From Chloroflexota bacterium (GTDB taxonomy: Bacteria; Chloroflexota; UBA11872; VXNJ01), in NCBI GenBank assembly GCA_965261345.1, contig OZ253449.1, forward strand, positions 2,307,784 to 2,371,783: a DNA stretch of 64,000 bases, given 5' to 3'. Positions 42,536-53,924 of this stretch are shown here, piece after piece. Under the pieces are notes generated by a model that worked only from the letters and a program-made list of their open reading frames with translations, did not search any database and had not been told where the DNA came from. Made by a program: the position numbers and the translations under genes. The first letter of the stretch is position 1. Every line of letters begins with the position of its first letter.

Positions 42536-43123
42536 GCCTTGTCCTTATTGCCGCAATTCCGGGACGAGGTTAATTCATTTCCAATTCGAAACGGCAGCGG
42601 ATCGAGGGCGAACACGCCAACAGTCCATTGCAGACCCGCCGCGATCCGTGGCGTCAATTAGGAAACAATTCCCGATTGGCAAAATGCCCAGTCGGCGGGC
42701 AACAGCGAACGCGGCCTTCCGAACAATTCCACTTCGAGATCGATGATACGCCGGGCATTGGACCCGTTCATGGGGTAACTCAGGCATCGGCACGCACCTT
42801 CGCGCCCGCGCCGGTTGGATCGCACTAGTGTTCAGCGATGAACTGCGCCGTCCGCTGGGTCAGATTCGGCCCGGTTTCGGCCCGTTCCAACCGCCAATCG
42901 GTCAAGGCCAATCCTGCGTCTGCTGCCCATGCCGTGCCGGATCCAGATTTGCTGGCCCGCAATCTGAAGAGCCCGGATTTTTCGGTCAACAGCACTCACC
43001 AGGCGAGGCCGTATCCCTCTTCGGTCCAGCGGGCATGGATCGCATTCCTTTCCAGGCCAGGACCCATGTCACCAATACCAGGACGCCCAAGGCTGACATT
43101 GAAAATCGTTAGCTGAATTCAAG

Positions 43124-43306
43124 TCAGATATTCAGATCAAGTGGAGGAATGGTTTGGGCATGGCAACGAGGCCATTCAGGGCATGCATCGCCCGACCCTG
43201 TCACCCAGACAACGCCACCGAAAGCTACATGCGTAATCGCCACGGCAAGTCCCAACAGCGAGACGGTGTGGTGCCAGGACAGTTTGGCAGTCAATGACCC
43301 AGCCAT
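43124..43306 (-). pseudogene. N-terminal fragment of heme A synthase (CtaA/COX15-like).
   Basis: A 60-aa ORF reading SLLGLAVAITHVAFGGVVWVTGSGDACPEWPRCHAQ, matching the family GG.VR.TGSG..CP.WP.C. The remaining ~250 aa are absent. Confidence 0.35.
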
Positions 43307-43725
43307 TCTGCTTTGGGTTGGCCCTATCGGAACGCCGAGTTGCTACCGAGACAGACGAATCCAGGGATCGGTGATCGCGGTGGCGGTGATGATTCGCCGG
43401 CCCCGAGCCGCATCAGCGTAGCCTGCGGGCCCGATTCGCCCGCGACCAGCCGGGGGCGAAAGCTGCTTCGAATCGCCGGATTCGTAGGCCCCGGCAGATG
43501 CAGCGGCCCCTTTTCTTACGCGGTGCCAGCGGCAGGGTGTCTCTTTCCGAGCGCCCCGTGGCATATTCATCAATCAAGAAAATTAACTGCAAGCGGGAAT
43601 TGACGATTGCGCCGGTTGTAGCAAACTCCGGTTTGTAGCGTACTGGCAACGGCCGCCTTCACACCGGCGCCGTCACGTGATCGATCTCTGCCTTCAAATA
43701 ACCAGGCAGGTAAGGAGGCCTCCCA

Positions 43726-44652
43726 ATGCCTGAGCGCAAGGTGCTGCTGACCGGCGCAACCGGATACGTTGCATCCCAACTTCTTCCCGCGTTTCGTGAG
43801 AAGTACGACTTGTCATTGGTTGACGTTCGCGGGACCGATCGAGAGGGCCGGGAAGTAGCGGACGTCGCCATCTCCGATCTCAGCGCCCCAGACCTGGGGA
43901 CGTACGCCCATCTATTCAAGGGCCAGGACTCGGTGGTTCACTTCGCACACATGCGCCGACGGGGAATTCCACTGGACGACTTCTATGATGAGCAATTCAA
44001 CGTGGCGATGGCTTACAACGTATTTAGATCGGCTTACGACGCAGGGGTGCGTCGGGTGGTGATGGCCAGTTCCAACCACGCCGCCGATTGGTACGAGCAC
44101 GCGCTGATTCACGATCGCAAATTGGAGAATCTGGACCCGTACGACTTGCCTCTTTCCGACAACTTCTACGGATGGGCCAAGGCGACGTACGAGCACATCG
44201 GATTTTTATTTGCTTCCGGAGTTTTCGGGAGAAAATTGGAAGTGGTGATGGTTCGAATAGGCGCACCGCGGGAGATTCGCCTACAGAATTTCCCTGGCAA
44301 CCCGAAGGCTTATAGGCGCGATTTGGGCGCTTACCTTAGTCGCAGGGACTTGTCGCAGCTGTTCACCAAAGCCGTGGAGACGCCGTCAATCGAAAACGAG
44401 CACGGCGTACCCTGGTTGGTGGTCTACGGGATAAGCAATAACACCCGCGCTTTCTGGTCCCTAACGAGCGCGCGAAAGTTTCTCGGGTATTCCCCCGAGG
44501 ACGATTCCGAAGTCAAATACGCTGACGACATTCGTAGTTTTCTAACCGGGCCCGACGGGAATCGAGAGCCGGGAAGAGTTGGCGGACGGATAGGGTCCGT
44601 CGATTTCCCTGATGCCAATTTCATTCCACGCAGGCCACCAGCGGACGGCTGA
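43726..44652 (+). CDS. NAD-dependent epimerase/dehydratase family protein (uronate-dehydrogenase-like).
   Basis: VLLTGATGYVASQL (Rossmann), VMASSNHA, and YGWAKATYE (YxxxK). Confidence 0.8.
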   Translation: MPERKVLLTGATGYVASQLLPAFREKYDLSLVDVRGTDREGREVADVAISDLSAPDLGTYAHLFKGQDSVVHFAHMRRRGIPLDDFYDEQFNVAMAYNVFRSAYDAGVRRVVMASSNHAADWYEHALIHDRKLENLDPYDLPLSDNFYGWAKATYEHIGFLFASGVFGRKLEVVMVRIGAPREIRLQNFPGNPKAYRRDLGAYLSRRDLSQLFTKAVETPSIENEHGVPWLVVYGISNNTRAFWSLTSARKFLGYSPEDDSEVKYADDIRSFLTGPDGNREPGRVGGRIGSVDFPDANFIPRRPPADG

Positions 44653-44956
44653 CGATTCGCCCCGCCTTCAGCGCCATCCAGTGGCTCAAAGGGAGCACTC
44701 GTCCGAAATTAGCGCCGAGCGCCGGATCGCCCAGCTTTCAAAGAAGCCAACCGGAGTCCTCTGCTGAAACCGAGTTGAGCGTCATCCCATCGTGAAACCC
44801 TTCGCGCCACAGGGCGGTCGCCCCTCCCTCGGCCGTTAAACCGATAGAAAAGCGATGGTTGGGAGAGCACCTGGCCCGGGCGGCTAAATTCGCGGATTCC
44901 TGGCCGGACCCCAATCGCGGAGGTTTGTTGTTGGGCAGCTCAGGGTTTTCGGCGCC

Positions 44957-45844
44957 TTACCCAGGCACGCTAGTGGTGGGCGGTCTGAAATGATGGTCCT
45001 TGCGGGCGGGGTATTGACGGGCGTGGAACTCGTCACTCCACTCGGTCAGCCTGGTCACTGCTTCTTCGAAAAGTAGCTTCCCTTTCTTTACGGAGGCCAG
45101 CTCGGGGGACCCGCACACGCCTGTTTCCGTGTAAGTGCTCGTCCAGCTTGTTACGGCGACAGGCCCGAAACCGAACAAATCCACCGACTCGAATTTGGAT
45201 CCCTGGGCGTTGGTCCACGTCTGATGGTTTTTGGCCAGGTCCATTCGCACCATCGATTCGTCAATACCCAGTGCGAGTGAAGTTTCCAACTCGCAGGCGT
45301 GAGCGCAGCCACCGGGAAAATGCGACTCCCTCCACGTGGCAGCAAAATCTGGATCCACCGTGACAAGCGACCACCAACTCGTTAACGACACGACGGCGTC
45401 GGTTTCGATCATTACCCGCCGAGCGGCAAGATCCAATGGCGGCACGTTGGAGCCGTGACCATTGACCACTATCACCTTCTTGAACCCATGATGGACGACG
45501 CTCTTGATAACGTCTACGACATAACGGATGAACGTTTCGTGGTGGACCGTGATGCTGCCCGGGAAGTCCATCACGTGAGTTGTGTACCCATAGGGGATTG
45601 CCGGCATCGCCAGCAGCCTGTCTGGCCTCCGTCGTGCGGCCTCGTCGGCCACTGAGTCGGCCGACCAGAGGTCCATCTTTATCGGCAGGTGCGGACCGTG
45701 TTGTTCGACCGTTCCCACCGGCAGTATCGGTATCAAACCTTTCTCGACCGCCTCGTTTACCTCCGGCCAGGTCAAGTTTTCGAATCTGTGCCAATTGCTC
45801 ACGACTTTTCGCTCCGAGGCTATGGGGTTGTCAGTCGAGCGCAC
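44957..45844 (-). CDS. Creatininase-family amidohydrolase.
   Basis: ILPVGTVEQHGPHLPIKMD..VIVVNGHGSN..CHACELETS. Confidence 0.85.
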   Translation of the reverse strand: MRSTDNPIASERKVVSNWHRFENLTWPEVNEAVEKGLIPILPVGTVEQHGPHLPIKMDLWSADSVADEAARRRPDRLLAMPAIPYGYTTHVMDFPGSITVHHETFIRYVVDVIKSVVHHGFKKVIVVNGHGSNVPPLDLAARRVMIETDAVVSLTSWWSLVTVDPDFAATWRESHFPGGCAHACELETSLALGIDESMVRMDLAKNHQTWTNAQGSKFESVDLFGFGPVAVTSWTSTYTETGVCGSPELASVKKGKLLFEEAVTRLTEWSDEFHARQYPARKDHHFRPPTTSVPG

Positions 45845-46501
45845 GCCGGCTCGATGCTGCCACCCTCGGAGCGTACTACGCCGCTTATGCGTGGCAACGC
45901 CGGATGAAGCGGGCGGCCTTCTTACGCGCTAGGCCACGCGGCTCGGCGACTCTGCACCAAAGACAATGCGAAGGTTTTTATGGTTGTTTCCGCGTTGGAC
46001 TGGGTGAGCGGCGTCGCGGAGGACGGCGAATCGATCGTAGTATTCGCTCGCGGCGAATGGTCGTGGGAGCTCAGATTTACCTTGGGTGGGTCCGACGTTT
46101 ACATTTCGAAAATGGTGGCAGAGGCAACATCGCTGGAACAGTACTTCCTAGACGTTTCGGGTGATGATCCCGGTCCGTCAATGCCGTCTACGGCGTGTGC
46201 CTATTTTGTCTAGCGAATGCCACTCGACATAATTACCAATTGTTTCGATGTTGACTCGCCCGCAAATGCCAGGTTCGTCGATCCCGCGGGAGATTTCCAC
46301 ACTACGCTCTCCCGTATTTGCCTAGTCCGCATCGATCGCTGGTATTGCCCCAGAACTGTCCATGTCATCAGTAAATCCGACGCGCATTTATGCCTGAGAG
46401 GAGGCCGGATTTGACGCGCACTCGTGGTTGGTTAGCAGGCGAGTTGGCTGCCTTGGTTCCCTCGAGTTCAGTGCTGTGGACTGGTCTCCTTCCAATCGCG
46501 A

Positions 46502-47596
46502 TCAGTGATCCCGAGTGGGCCGAGACAGAAGCTCTTTAATGTAGACATCTTGCTTCGAATAAGGAATCTCGATCTGTTCGCTTGCGAAGCGACGGTAGAC
46601 CTCCGTGTTAAGGGAATCAGTAACTCGGCCTCGCAGAACTGGTTCTTCGACCCAGGCCAATAGCTCTAGCTCCAGGCCCGAAGGCCCAAAAGAGCGAAAT
46701 CGCACGCGCGCCTCGGGATCGTCACACACTTCTTGTTGGCTATTGGCGGCATCGAGGAGTACCTGCTTGACATGATCGATATCGCTACCGTAGGCGGTCG
46801 CAACGCGAATCCGAATCCGTGCTTTTTTGTGGGGCCCGCCGGTCTCGTTGGTCACCTTGATGTTCCCCATGACGCCGTTGGGAATCGTGACTTCAACGTC
46901 ATCGCGAGTAAGAACGCGTGTGCTCCGCAATCCGATATGAGTTACCTGTCCCCGTTCTCCCGAATCCAGGACGATGTAGTCGCCAAGGCGGTACGGAGCA
47001 TCAATCAAGATGAGGACTCCGGCGAAAAAATTCGCAACTGTGTCTCTTGCGCCGAAACCGACCGCAATGCCTATGATTCCCGCCGAGGCCAGCCACGCTG
47101 TGATGTCGAGATTCCACAGGAGGAAGAGGATGTAGGCTGCAAATACCACAAGCAGCACATTGTTCACATTGCGGAATAGAGGGACAGTGCGCTCGTCGAG
47201 GTACCGAAACCGACCCTTTTCGTGACTCAGAACTTCCAGGATCAAATGATTTAGACGAATTGCGAGCCCTAGACCCACCACCACCGCAATCGTTCCAAAA
47301 ACTCCGTAGGTAATAGTTCGGAGTAAACCCTCCAAACGCAAGAGGCTTGACGCAACGACAAAACCACCCACCAGTACAAAGAGGAAAAGCGGGCGATGCA
47401 GAATGCCCACTAGGCGATCGTCGAAATCGCTTTCAGTCTGACGCGCCCAACGTAACAGCAGCCTGGTAACGACCCAATCAGTGATCCAAGCAATAAATAC
47501 GCTCAGGATTACAACTGCGGCCGCCTGGATACGAGGATCAACCGCCACCGTTCCGAGTCCCGCAAACTTGTCGAACATAGCCTCTAAACCCTGCAT
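46502..47596 (-). CDS. Small-conductance mechanosensitive channel (MscS family).
   Basis: Several N-terminal TM helices, then GIAVGFGARDTVANFFAGVLILIDAPYRLGDYIV..GQVTHIGLRSTRVLTRDDVEVTIPNG. Confidence 0.9.
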   Translation of the reverse strand: MQGLEAMFDKFAGLGTVAVDPRIQAAAVVILSVFIAWITDWVVTRLLLRWARQTESDFDDRLVGILHRPLFLFVLVGGFVVASSLLRLEGLLRTITYGVFGTIAVVVGLGLAIRLNHLILEVLSHEKGRFRYLDERTVPLFRNVNNVLLVVFAAYILFLLWNLDITAWLASAGIIGIAVGFGARDTVANFFAGVLILIDAPYRLGDYIVLDSGERGQVTHIGLRSTRVLTRDDVEVTIPNGVMGNIKVTNETGGPHKKARIRIRVATAYGSDIDHVKQVLLDAANSQQEVCDDPEARVRFRSFGPSGLELELLAWVEEPVLRGRVTDSLNTEVYRRFASEQIEIPYSKQDVYIKELLSRPTRDH

Positions 47597-48166
47597 TCAC
47601 CGCCTCCCGAATTTTGCGGCAGGCACGAGTAGCACGGACCCGCATCGGGCAAATGCCGCGATGTAGCCAAGCGCCAAAAGGCTCGATCAGACCGCCTGCT
47701 TCTGGACCGATGCGGAAACGACGGATGCTGCTGCCTATCACATCGCCCATCGCGCCGTTGCAATTGAATTTTGCACGCCAAGTTGCCGCACCGGCACCGT
47801 GAAGATCAAAAGTGGTTAGGCTGAAACTGATCTAATCATTTGGCGCACGCATGGCCAGCGTGACCCGCGCTTTTCGGTCTAATAGTCAAATGGCCGGTTT
47901 GGTACGATTCCGCAATTTAATAACGATGGCACACCGCTCTAGGCGCTTCGCCGTTCGGGAGTTTTGCCGCTCAATGAACGATCAGAATCGGTGTTTACAT
48001 AATTACCATTATGTCTAACCCTCGTTACCAAAGTCCACTTGACCTCCGCCTTTTTAAATTCCCGTGCTCCTGGACAACGACCCTCGGCGCACGTTAACTC
48101 GGTTAACCAAGGGCGCTCGAAATCAATTCTCAAATTAGAGTATTAGATCGTGACCACTTTGAATTC

Positions 48167-48805
48167 GTGCCCGCAATGCGATCTCTAAGCGAAAGTGATC
48201 ACCTCACCTCGAGTTTGGAGGCCGCGACCCAGGGGACCTACGGAACGATCCTGGCCGATCCCCCGTGGAGGTTCAATAACCGCACAGGGAAAGTCGCTCC
48301 TGAATACAAGAGGCTGAATCGCTATTCGTCATTGGCGATTGAGGAAATAAGCGCATTGCCTATACAGGATTTCGCGGCCGACGATTCCCATCTGTATTTG
48401 TGGGTTCCCAACGCACTGCTTGACGCGGGTCTGGCAGTAATGAGCAAATGGGGCTTCAAATACAAAACGAACATCGTCTGGCAAAAGGTCGGGAGTGACG
48501 GCGAACCGGATCGGCGTGGTGTCGGTTTTTATTTTCGAAACGTTACGGAATTGGTGCTCTTTGGGGTTCGCGGTTCGAAACGCACTCTGCCTCCGGCAAG
48601 GCGCCAAATCAACTTAGTAAAAAGCCGTCGACGAGAACACTCCAGAAAACCCGATGAGCTTTATGAAATCGCCGAGCAGTGTAGTCCGGGCCCGTATTTG
48701 GAATTGTTTGCGCGTCATTGCCGGGAGGGATGGTCGCAATGGGGTGATCAACTCAAAGCTACATCTGAGTTTTCCGATTCGGCGAGTCGGGTCACGCCGC
48801 TGTGA
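48167..48805 (+). CDS. MT-A70-family (DPPW) N6-adenine DNA methyltransferase.
   Basis: YGTILADPPWRFNN (catalytic DPPW), ..SHLYLWVPN..WGFKY.TNIVWQK, ..RREHSRKPDELYEIAE. Size is 212 aa. Confidence 0.85.
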   Translation: MPAMRSLSESDHLTSSLEAATQGTYGTILADPPWRFNNRTGKVAPEYKRLNRYSSLAIEEISALPIQDFAADDSHLYLWVPNALLDAGLAVMSKWGFKYKTNIVWQKVGSDGEPDRRGVGFYFRNVTELVLFGVRGSKRTLPPARRQINLVKSRRREHSRKPDELYEIAEQCSPGPYLELFARHCREGWSQWGDQLKATSEFSDSASRVTPL

Positions 48806-48873
48806 CTGTCGGCACTTGGTGAAAGTCGGGTTCGAGGGAAAAGAAAATGCGACCGTGAAGACTCGAGTGCCGT

Positions 48874-51180
48874 GTGGAAATTGATTCTGCTGCCGACGGC
48901 AACAACGGACTCGTTTCGGGAGAAGCCATCGCGGGCGCAATGCGAGGGCGAAAACTCCCATATGTAGAAAAAACGGTTCCATTCTCTGATCAAGACAGGC
49001 ACTTATCGGTTGGATGGGTTGTTGTAAGGACCAACAAATCTTCAGTCAGGATACGGAAAGACAAAAAGCACGACGAACGACTCGAAGATGACGTTTGGGT
49101 AACACTAGCGTCGGCAGGATTTGACGAGTTAAATGCGGACCGCCGTTTCTTTATTCCGATTGGTGACCCCGGAAGTCGTGTTCCGCCAAAGCAGATAGAT
49201 GTGATTGCAATAGACAGCGATTCAGTATTGGTTGTCGAGTGCAAATCGTCGGAAAAACCGAAATATCGAAGCCTGCAAAAGGATTTGAATGAAACACGAG
49301 CTTTGCAGCAGAGTATTCGTGATTGGGTCAATGCCCGGTACGAAGACCGCCGAAGGGTCTGCTTCCTTTACGTCACGCGAAACATCAGATGGAGCGCTGG
49401 AGACCGTGCAAGAGCGGAATCTAACCAAATAGAAATATTGCGCGACTGGCAAATACCCTACTACAAGCTGCTGGCGGACATTGTTGGTCCCGCCGCCCGT
49501 CATCAATTGCAAGCTGATTTGTTTGCTGATTCGCCGATTCAAGGGTTGAAAGCATCCGTTCCCGCGTTGATGGGCACGTTTGGGGAGACGCGTTTTTATC
49601 AATTCGCAATCGAGCCCGAAAAGTTGTTGAAGCTGGCCTATGTTTCACACCGAACAAAAATCGATGCGGAGGCAATCGGAACATACCAAAGATTGCTTAA
49701 GAAAACACGCCTCAAGCAGATTGCCGCCCACATTGACGAAGCAAGCACCAACAGCATTTTTCCGACAAATATCGTAGTGAATTTCAGAAAAACTCGCGGA
49801 CTTCGCTTTGACAGAGCCGGGCCACGGGGCAATAGCCCAACCGTGTTGGGCACCTTACACCTGCCAAACGTTTATAAGAGTGCCTGGGTCATTGATGGGC
49901 AACACCGGTTATTCGGTTTTGCGCAAAGCCAACGTTCCGACAAAGGAAAAGTACCCGTACTTGCTTTCGAGGGATTGGATCCGGAAAAAGAAGTCAAGAT
50001 GTTCGTTGAAATCAACAACAAGCAAGTAAAGGTCCCTCGGAGCTTATTGATTCAGCTCGAGCCAGAATTGCGTTCAGACGAAGCAGACTTGTCCCAAAAA
50101 CTGCGAAATCTGCATGTTGAATTGGCATTGGCTTTAGCGAACGATGACGATTCACCGTTGTTCGGAAGAGTTATCACGTCTGATTGGGACCAAGACGCGA
50201 CTAGCAAAACCGTTAGTCTTCCGCAGATGGTCACTGGTTTGCGATCCAGCCAATTGGTCGGATCGGTCCGAAACGATTATGTTGATCCTGGCCCACTTTG
50301 GACGGGATTTGAGGCAACTAAACGCCGAGCACTCGCGACCATAACCCTTTATCTGAATTTATTTGCGACGGGGGCAGAGGATCACTGGGAACGCGGGCGG
50401 AACGAAGGCGGGTTCCTTTGTACCAATTTGGGGTTTAACGCCCTATTGAGGCTTTTGAAAGGGATATTGGATTTTCAAAATCACGCCAATCAAGGCATCG
50501 ATTACCAACAATTCACGCCCGACGAGATCGTCAATTCACTGGCCAAGTACGTGCCACCAATCATCGATTGGTTCAATCTCAGATTCGACTCGGAAAACTC
50601 TAGGTTCCGTGGTCGGTTTGGAAGTGGCGCACCGAAGATTTACGCGTTGGACATGATGGCGTTAATTCACAACAAATACGGCGATTTTGACACTGCGGAG
50701 TTGCAAGAACACATTCGTGCTGGGGGTGCTGAAAGAGTTGCCGATGCAATTCGGCTGGTAGGCGAGATTGAAGATTGCATACGGGCTGTGACGTTGTCAG
50801 TGCTGAAAGGTGAATTCGGCGGCGATGGAGACCGATGGTGGCGCGAAGGAGTGCCTGGGCCAATTCGTGTGTCGGCTGCGAGTAGGGCTGAGGTAAGCGC
50901 GGACGGTGGCAAACGGGAAGTATTTATCTCGCTAATTGAGTACAAAAAAATTGCTGAACAACCGAAATTGTGGCGCAAATTTCAGCCACTATGGACGATG
51001 GACGCAGATTTGAGATCAAAGGCTGAACGATTGCACTGGATGGACACGTTGAATGGCGTGAGGAACAAAGTTGTTCACTCTGGCAGACGACACATCGCCG
51101 ATGAAGAAATCAGTTTCCTGTGGGACGTTTGGGAGTTTGTGGATCGAGTTTCAACATCGTTGGAGAATTCGAAATCATGA
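48874..51180 (+). CDS. Large fusion protein: an N-terminal PD-(D/E)XK-like nuclease, a central DGQHR (ParB/DndB-like) domain, and a C-terminal HEPN-like domain.
   Basis: IDVIAIDSDSVLVVECKSS (D..ExK, ~49200-49250), WVIDGQHRLFGFAQ (DGQHR at 49894-49908) with FVEINNKQVKV downstream, and a C-terminal LNGVRNKVVHSG (Rx4H at 51061-51078). It lies 68 nt downstream of the MTase on the same strand. The start is uncertain (GTG 48874 or ATG 48940). Confidence 0.65.
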   Translation: MEIDSAADGNNGLVSGEAIAGAMRGRKLPYVEKTVPFSDQDRHLSVGWVVVRTNKSSVRIRKDKKHDERLEDDVWVTLASAGFDELNADRRFFIPIGDPGSRVPPKQIDVIAIDSDSVLVVECKSSEKPKYRSLQKDLNETRALQQSIRDWVNARYEDRRRVCFLYVTRNIRWSAGDRARAESNQIEILRDWQIPYYKLLADIVGPAARHQLQADLFADSPIQGLKASVPALMGTFGETRFYQFAIEPEKLLKLAYVSHRTKIDAEAIGTYQRLLKKTRLKQIAAHIDEASTNSIFPTNIVVNFRKTRGLRFDRAGPRGNSPTVLGTLHLPNVYKSAWVIDGQHRLFGFAQSQRSDKGKVPVLAFEGLDPEKEVKMFVEINNKQVKVPRSLLIQLEPELRSDEADLSQKLRNLHVELALALANDDDSPLFGRVITSDWDQDATSKTVSLPQMVTGLRSSQLVGSVRNDYVDPGPLWTGFEATKRRALATITLYLNLFATGAEDHWERGRNEGGFLCTNLGFNALLRLLKGILDFQNHANQGIDYQQFTPDEIVNSLAKYVPPIIDWFNLRFDSENSRFRGRFGSGAPKIYALDMMALIHNKYGDFDTAELQEHIRAGGAERVADAIRLVGEIEDCIRAVTLSVLKGEFGGDGDRWWREGVPGPIRVSAASRAEVSADGGKREVFISLIEYKKIAEQPKLWRKFQPLWTMDADLRSKAERLHWMDTLNGVRNKVVHSGRRHIADEEISFLWDVWEFVDRVSTSLENSKS

Positions 51181-51485
51181 CTATTCGATGTCGAATTGCG
51201 CAAGCCGTCGAGACGCCCACTAGTAATTGAGTCGCCAGAAGTACTGTAGTGCAGGAGGCCTCAAATACGCCAGATTTTGGCAAAAAAATAAGAAATTAAA
51301 GCTGCATTTGGTTTCGCCGTGATACGGTCAGCGATTCCGATTCAGCGCGCCGGTTTGATTGGGGTTGACGCGGAACGGGAGCCCTAGTTGCGGCCCTTCA
51401 ACTGATGGCAGGGATTGCCAAGGGGTCCTGAACCGATTCTTTAAATCGCCGGGTCCGAGCCAAATTGAATTTTGGGATGAACTTT

Positions 51486-52320
51486 GATTGACCGACCGCC
51501 TGCCTATTCAATTCGCATTCTTTTCCTACATGGTGAATCGAATGGCGTTCGAATCATCGAAAAATCCAACTGGAGAAGGCAAAGAGTAGCATTCCCACGA
51601 TCACACGTACGGATCGCGCGCGCGATCCCGATGAGATAGATCGAGCCGGCATTTACGTTCTCTGAAGTGATTCCGAAGGCGAAGAGGGATTGCCGGTGGC
51701 ATTTATCGTCCAAGGCGATGGCAAAAAACAACGCTTAGGCACGCATTCAAGATTCAAGGATTCACGGAATTGCGGGATTGCGTTATCGAGCCGTGACCAA
51801 CACTTGAACCCGGCTCGCGTTGGGTACCTTGAATCTTGGCTCCTCGAACTTACACAGGAACTAAACAGAGCGAGTTGGACAATTCCAACTTCCCATCTCT
51901 CACGTCAATGGGACAAACCGATGCCGCCGAAACGGAGTTGTTTTCGGCAGATGTATTGCTTTGTCTACTCGCATTTGGGGTGAACTGTTTTGTCCGACCT
52001 GAAGATCGGTGTCAATCTCCACCACCATTAGTCCACATCTGTCGCCGCTCAGCGACTTTGTCAGTCCAACTGTCCAGCAATTGTGTTGATTGTCAAGTCT
52101 GAGCGGATGGGTTTGGATGGTGGCTAGTCGAGGGGATTTCATCGACGGCAACTGTCCACACTTTGCGGCGATCAGTCCACTAACGTATTCGCTCGCAATC
52201 TCACCGTGTGCTCTTGAGGTAGTCGCTGCCCGCAACTCTTCGGGGATCATGCTCACGGCAAGGCTCCGCCAGGGCCGTCGCTCCGGGCGATGGTGCTCCG
52301 GAGCGGTCAGCAGCAGCTGC
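51486..52320 (+). pseudogene. Decayed GIY-YIG / DUF4357-like gene (frameshifts plus an in-frame stop). Its 3' end abuts IS110.
   Basis: Segments lie in different frames: YSIRILFLHGESNGVRIIEKSNW..VAFPRS; DEIDRAGIYVL*SDSEG..VAFIVQGDGKKQRL.TH..KD..NPARVGYLESWLLELTQE; ELDNSNFPSLTSM.QTDAAETELFSADVLLCLLAFGV; ..FAAISPLTYSLAISPCALEVVAARNSSG. The family assignment is from memory of the conserved pattern. Confidence 0.4.
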
Positions 52321-52322
52321 GC

Positions 52323-53908
<1,586 letters not shown>

Positions 53909-53924
53909 GCGTTCTATGTCTGTC

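Noticed and set aside
45980-46213. A 77-aa ORF ending ..ATSLEQYFLDVSG, reminiscent of the C-terminus of ABC-transporter ATPases.
   Set aside because: Only the last ~10 residues match, and there are no Walker or signature motifs upstream. At best it is a tiny relic, and it is counted only in the pseudogene-density note.
47939-48133. A 64-aa minus-strand ORF upstream of the MT-A70 gene, considered as a possible controller or regulator protein.
   Set aside because: I recognised no HTH or other motif, and there is no obvious RBS. It cannot be distinguished from a chance ORF.
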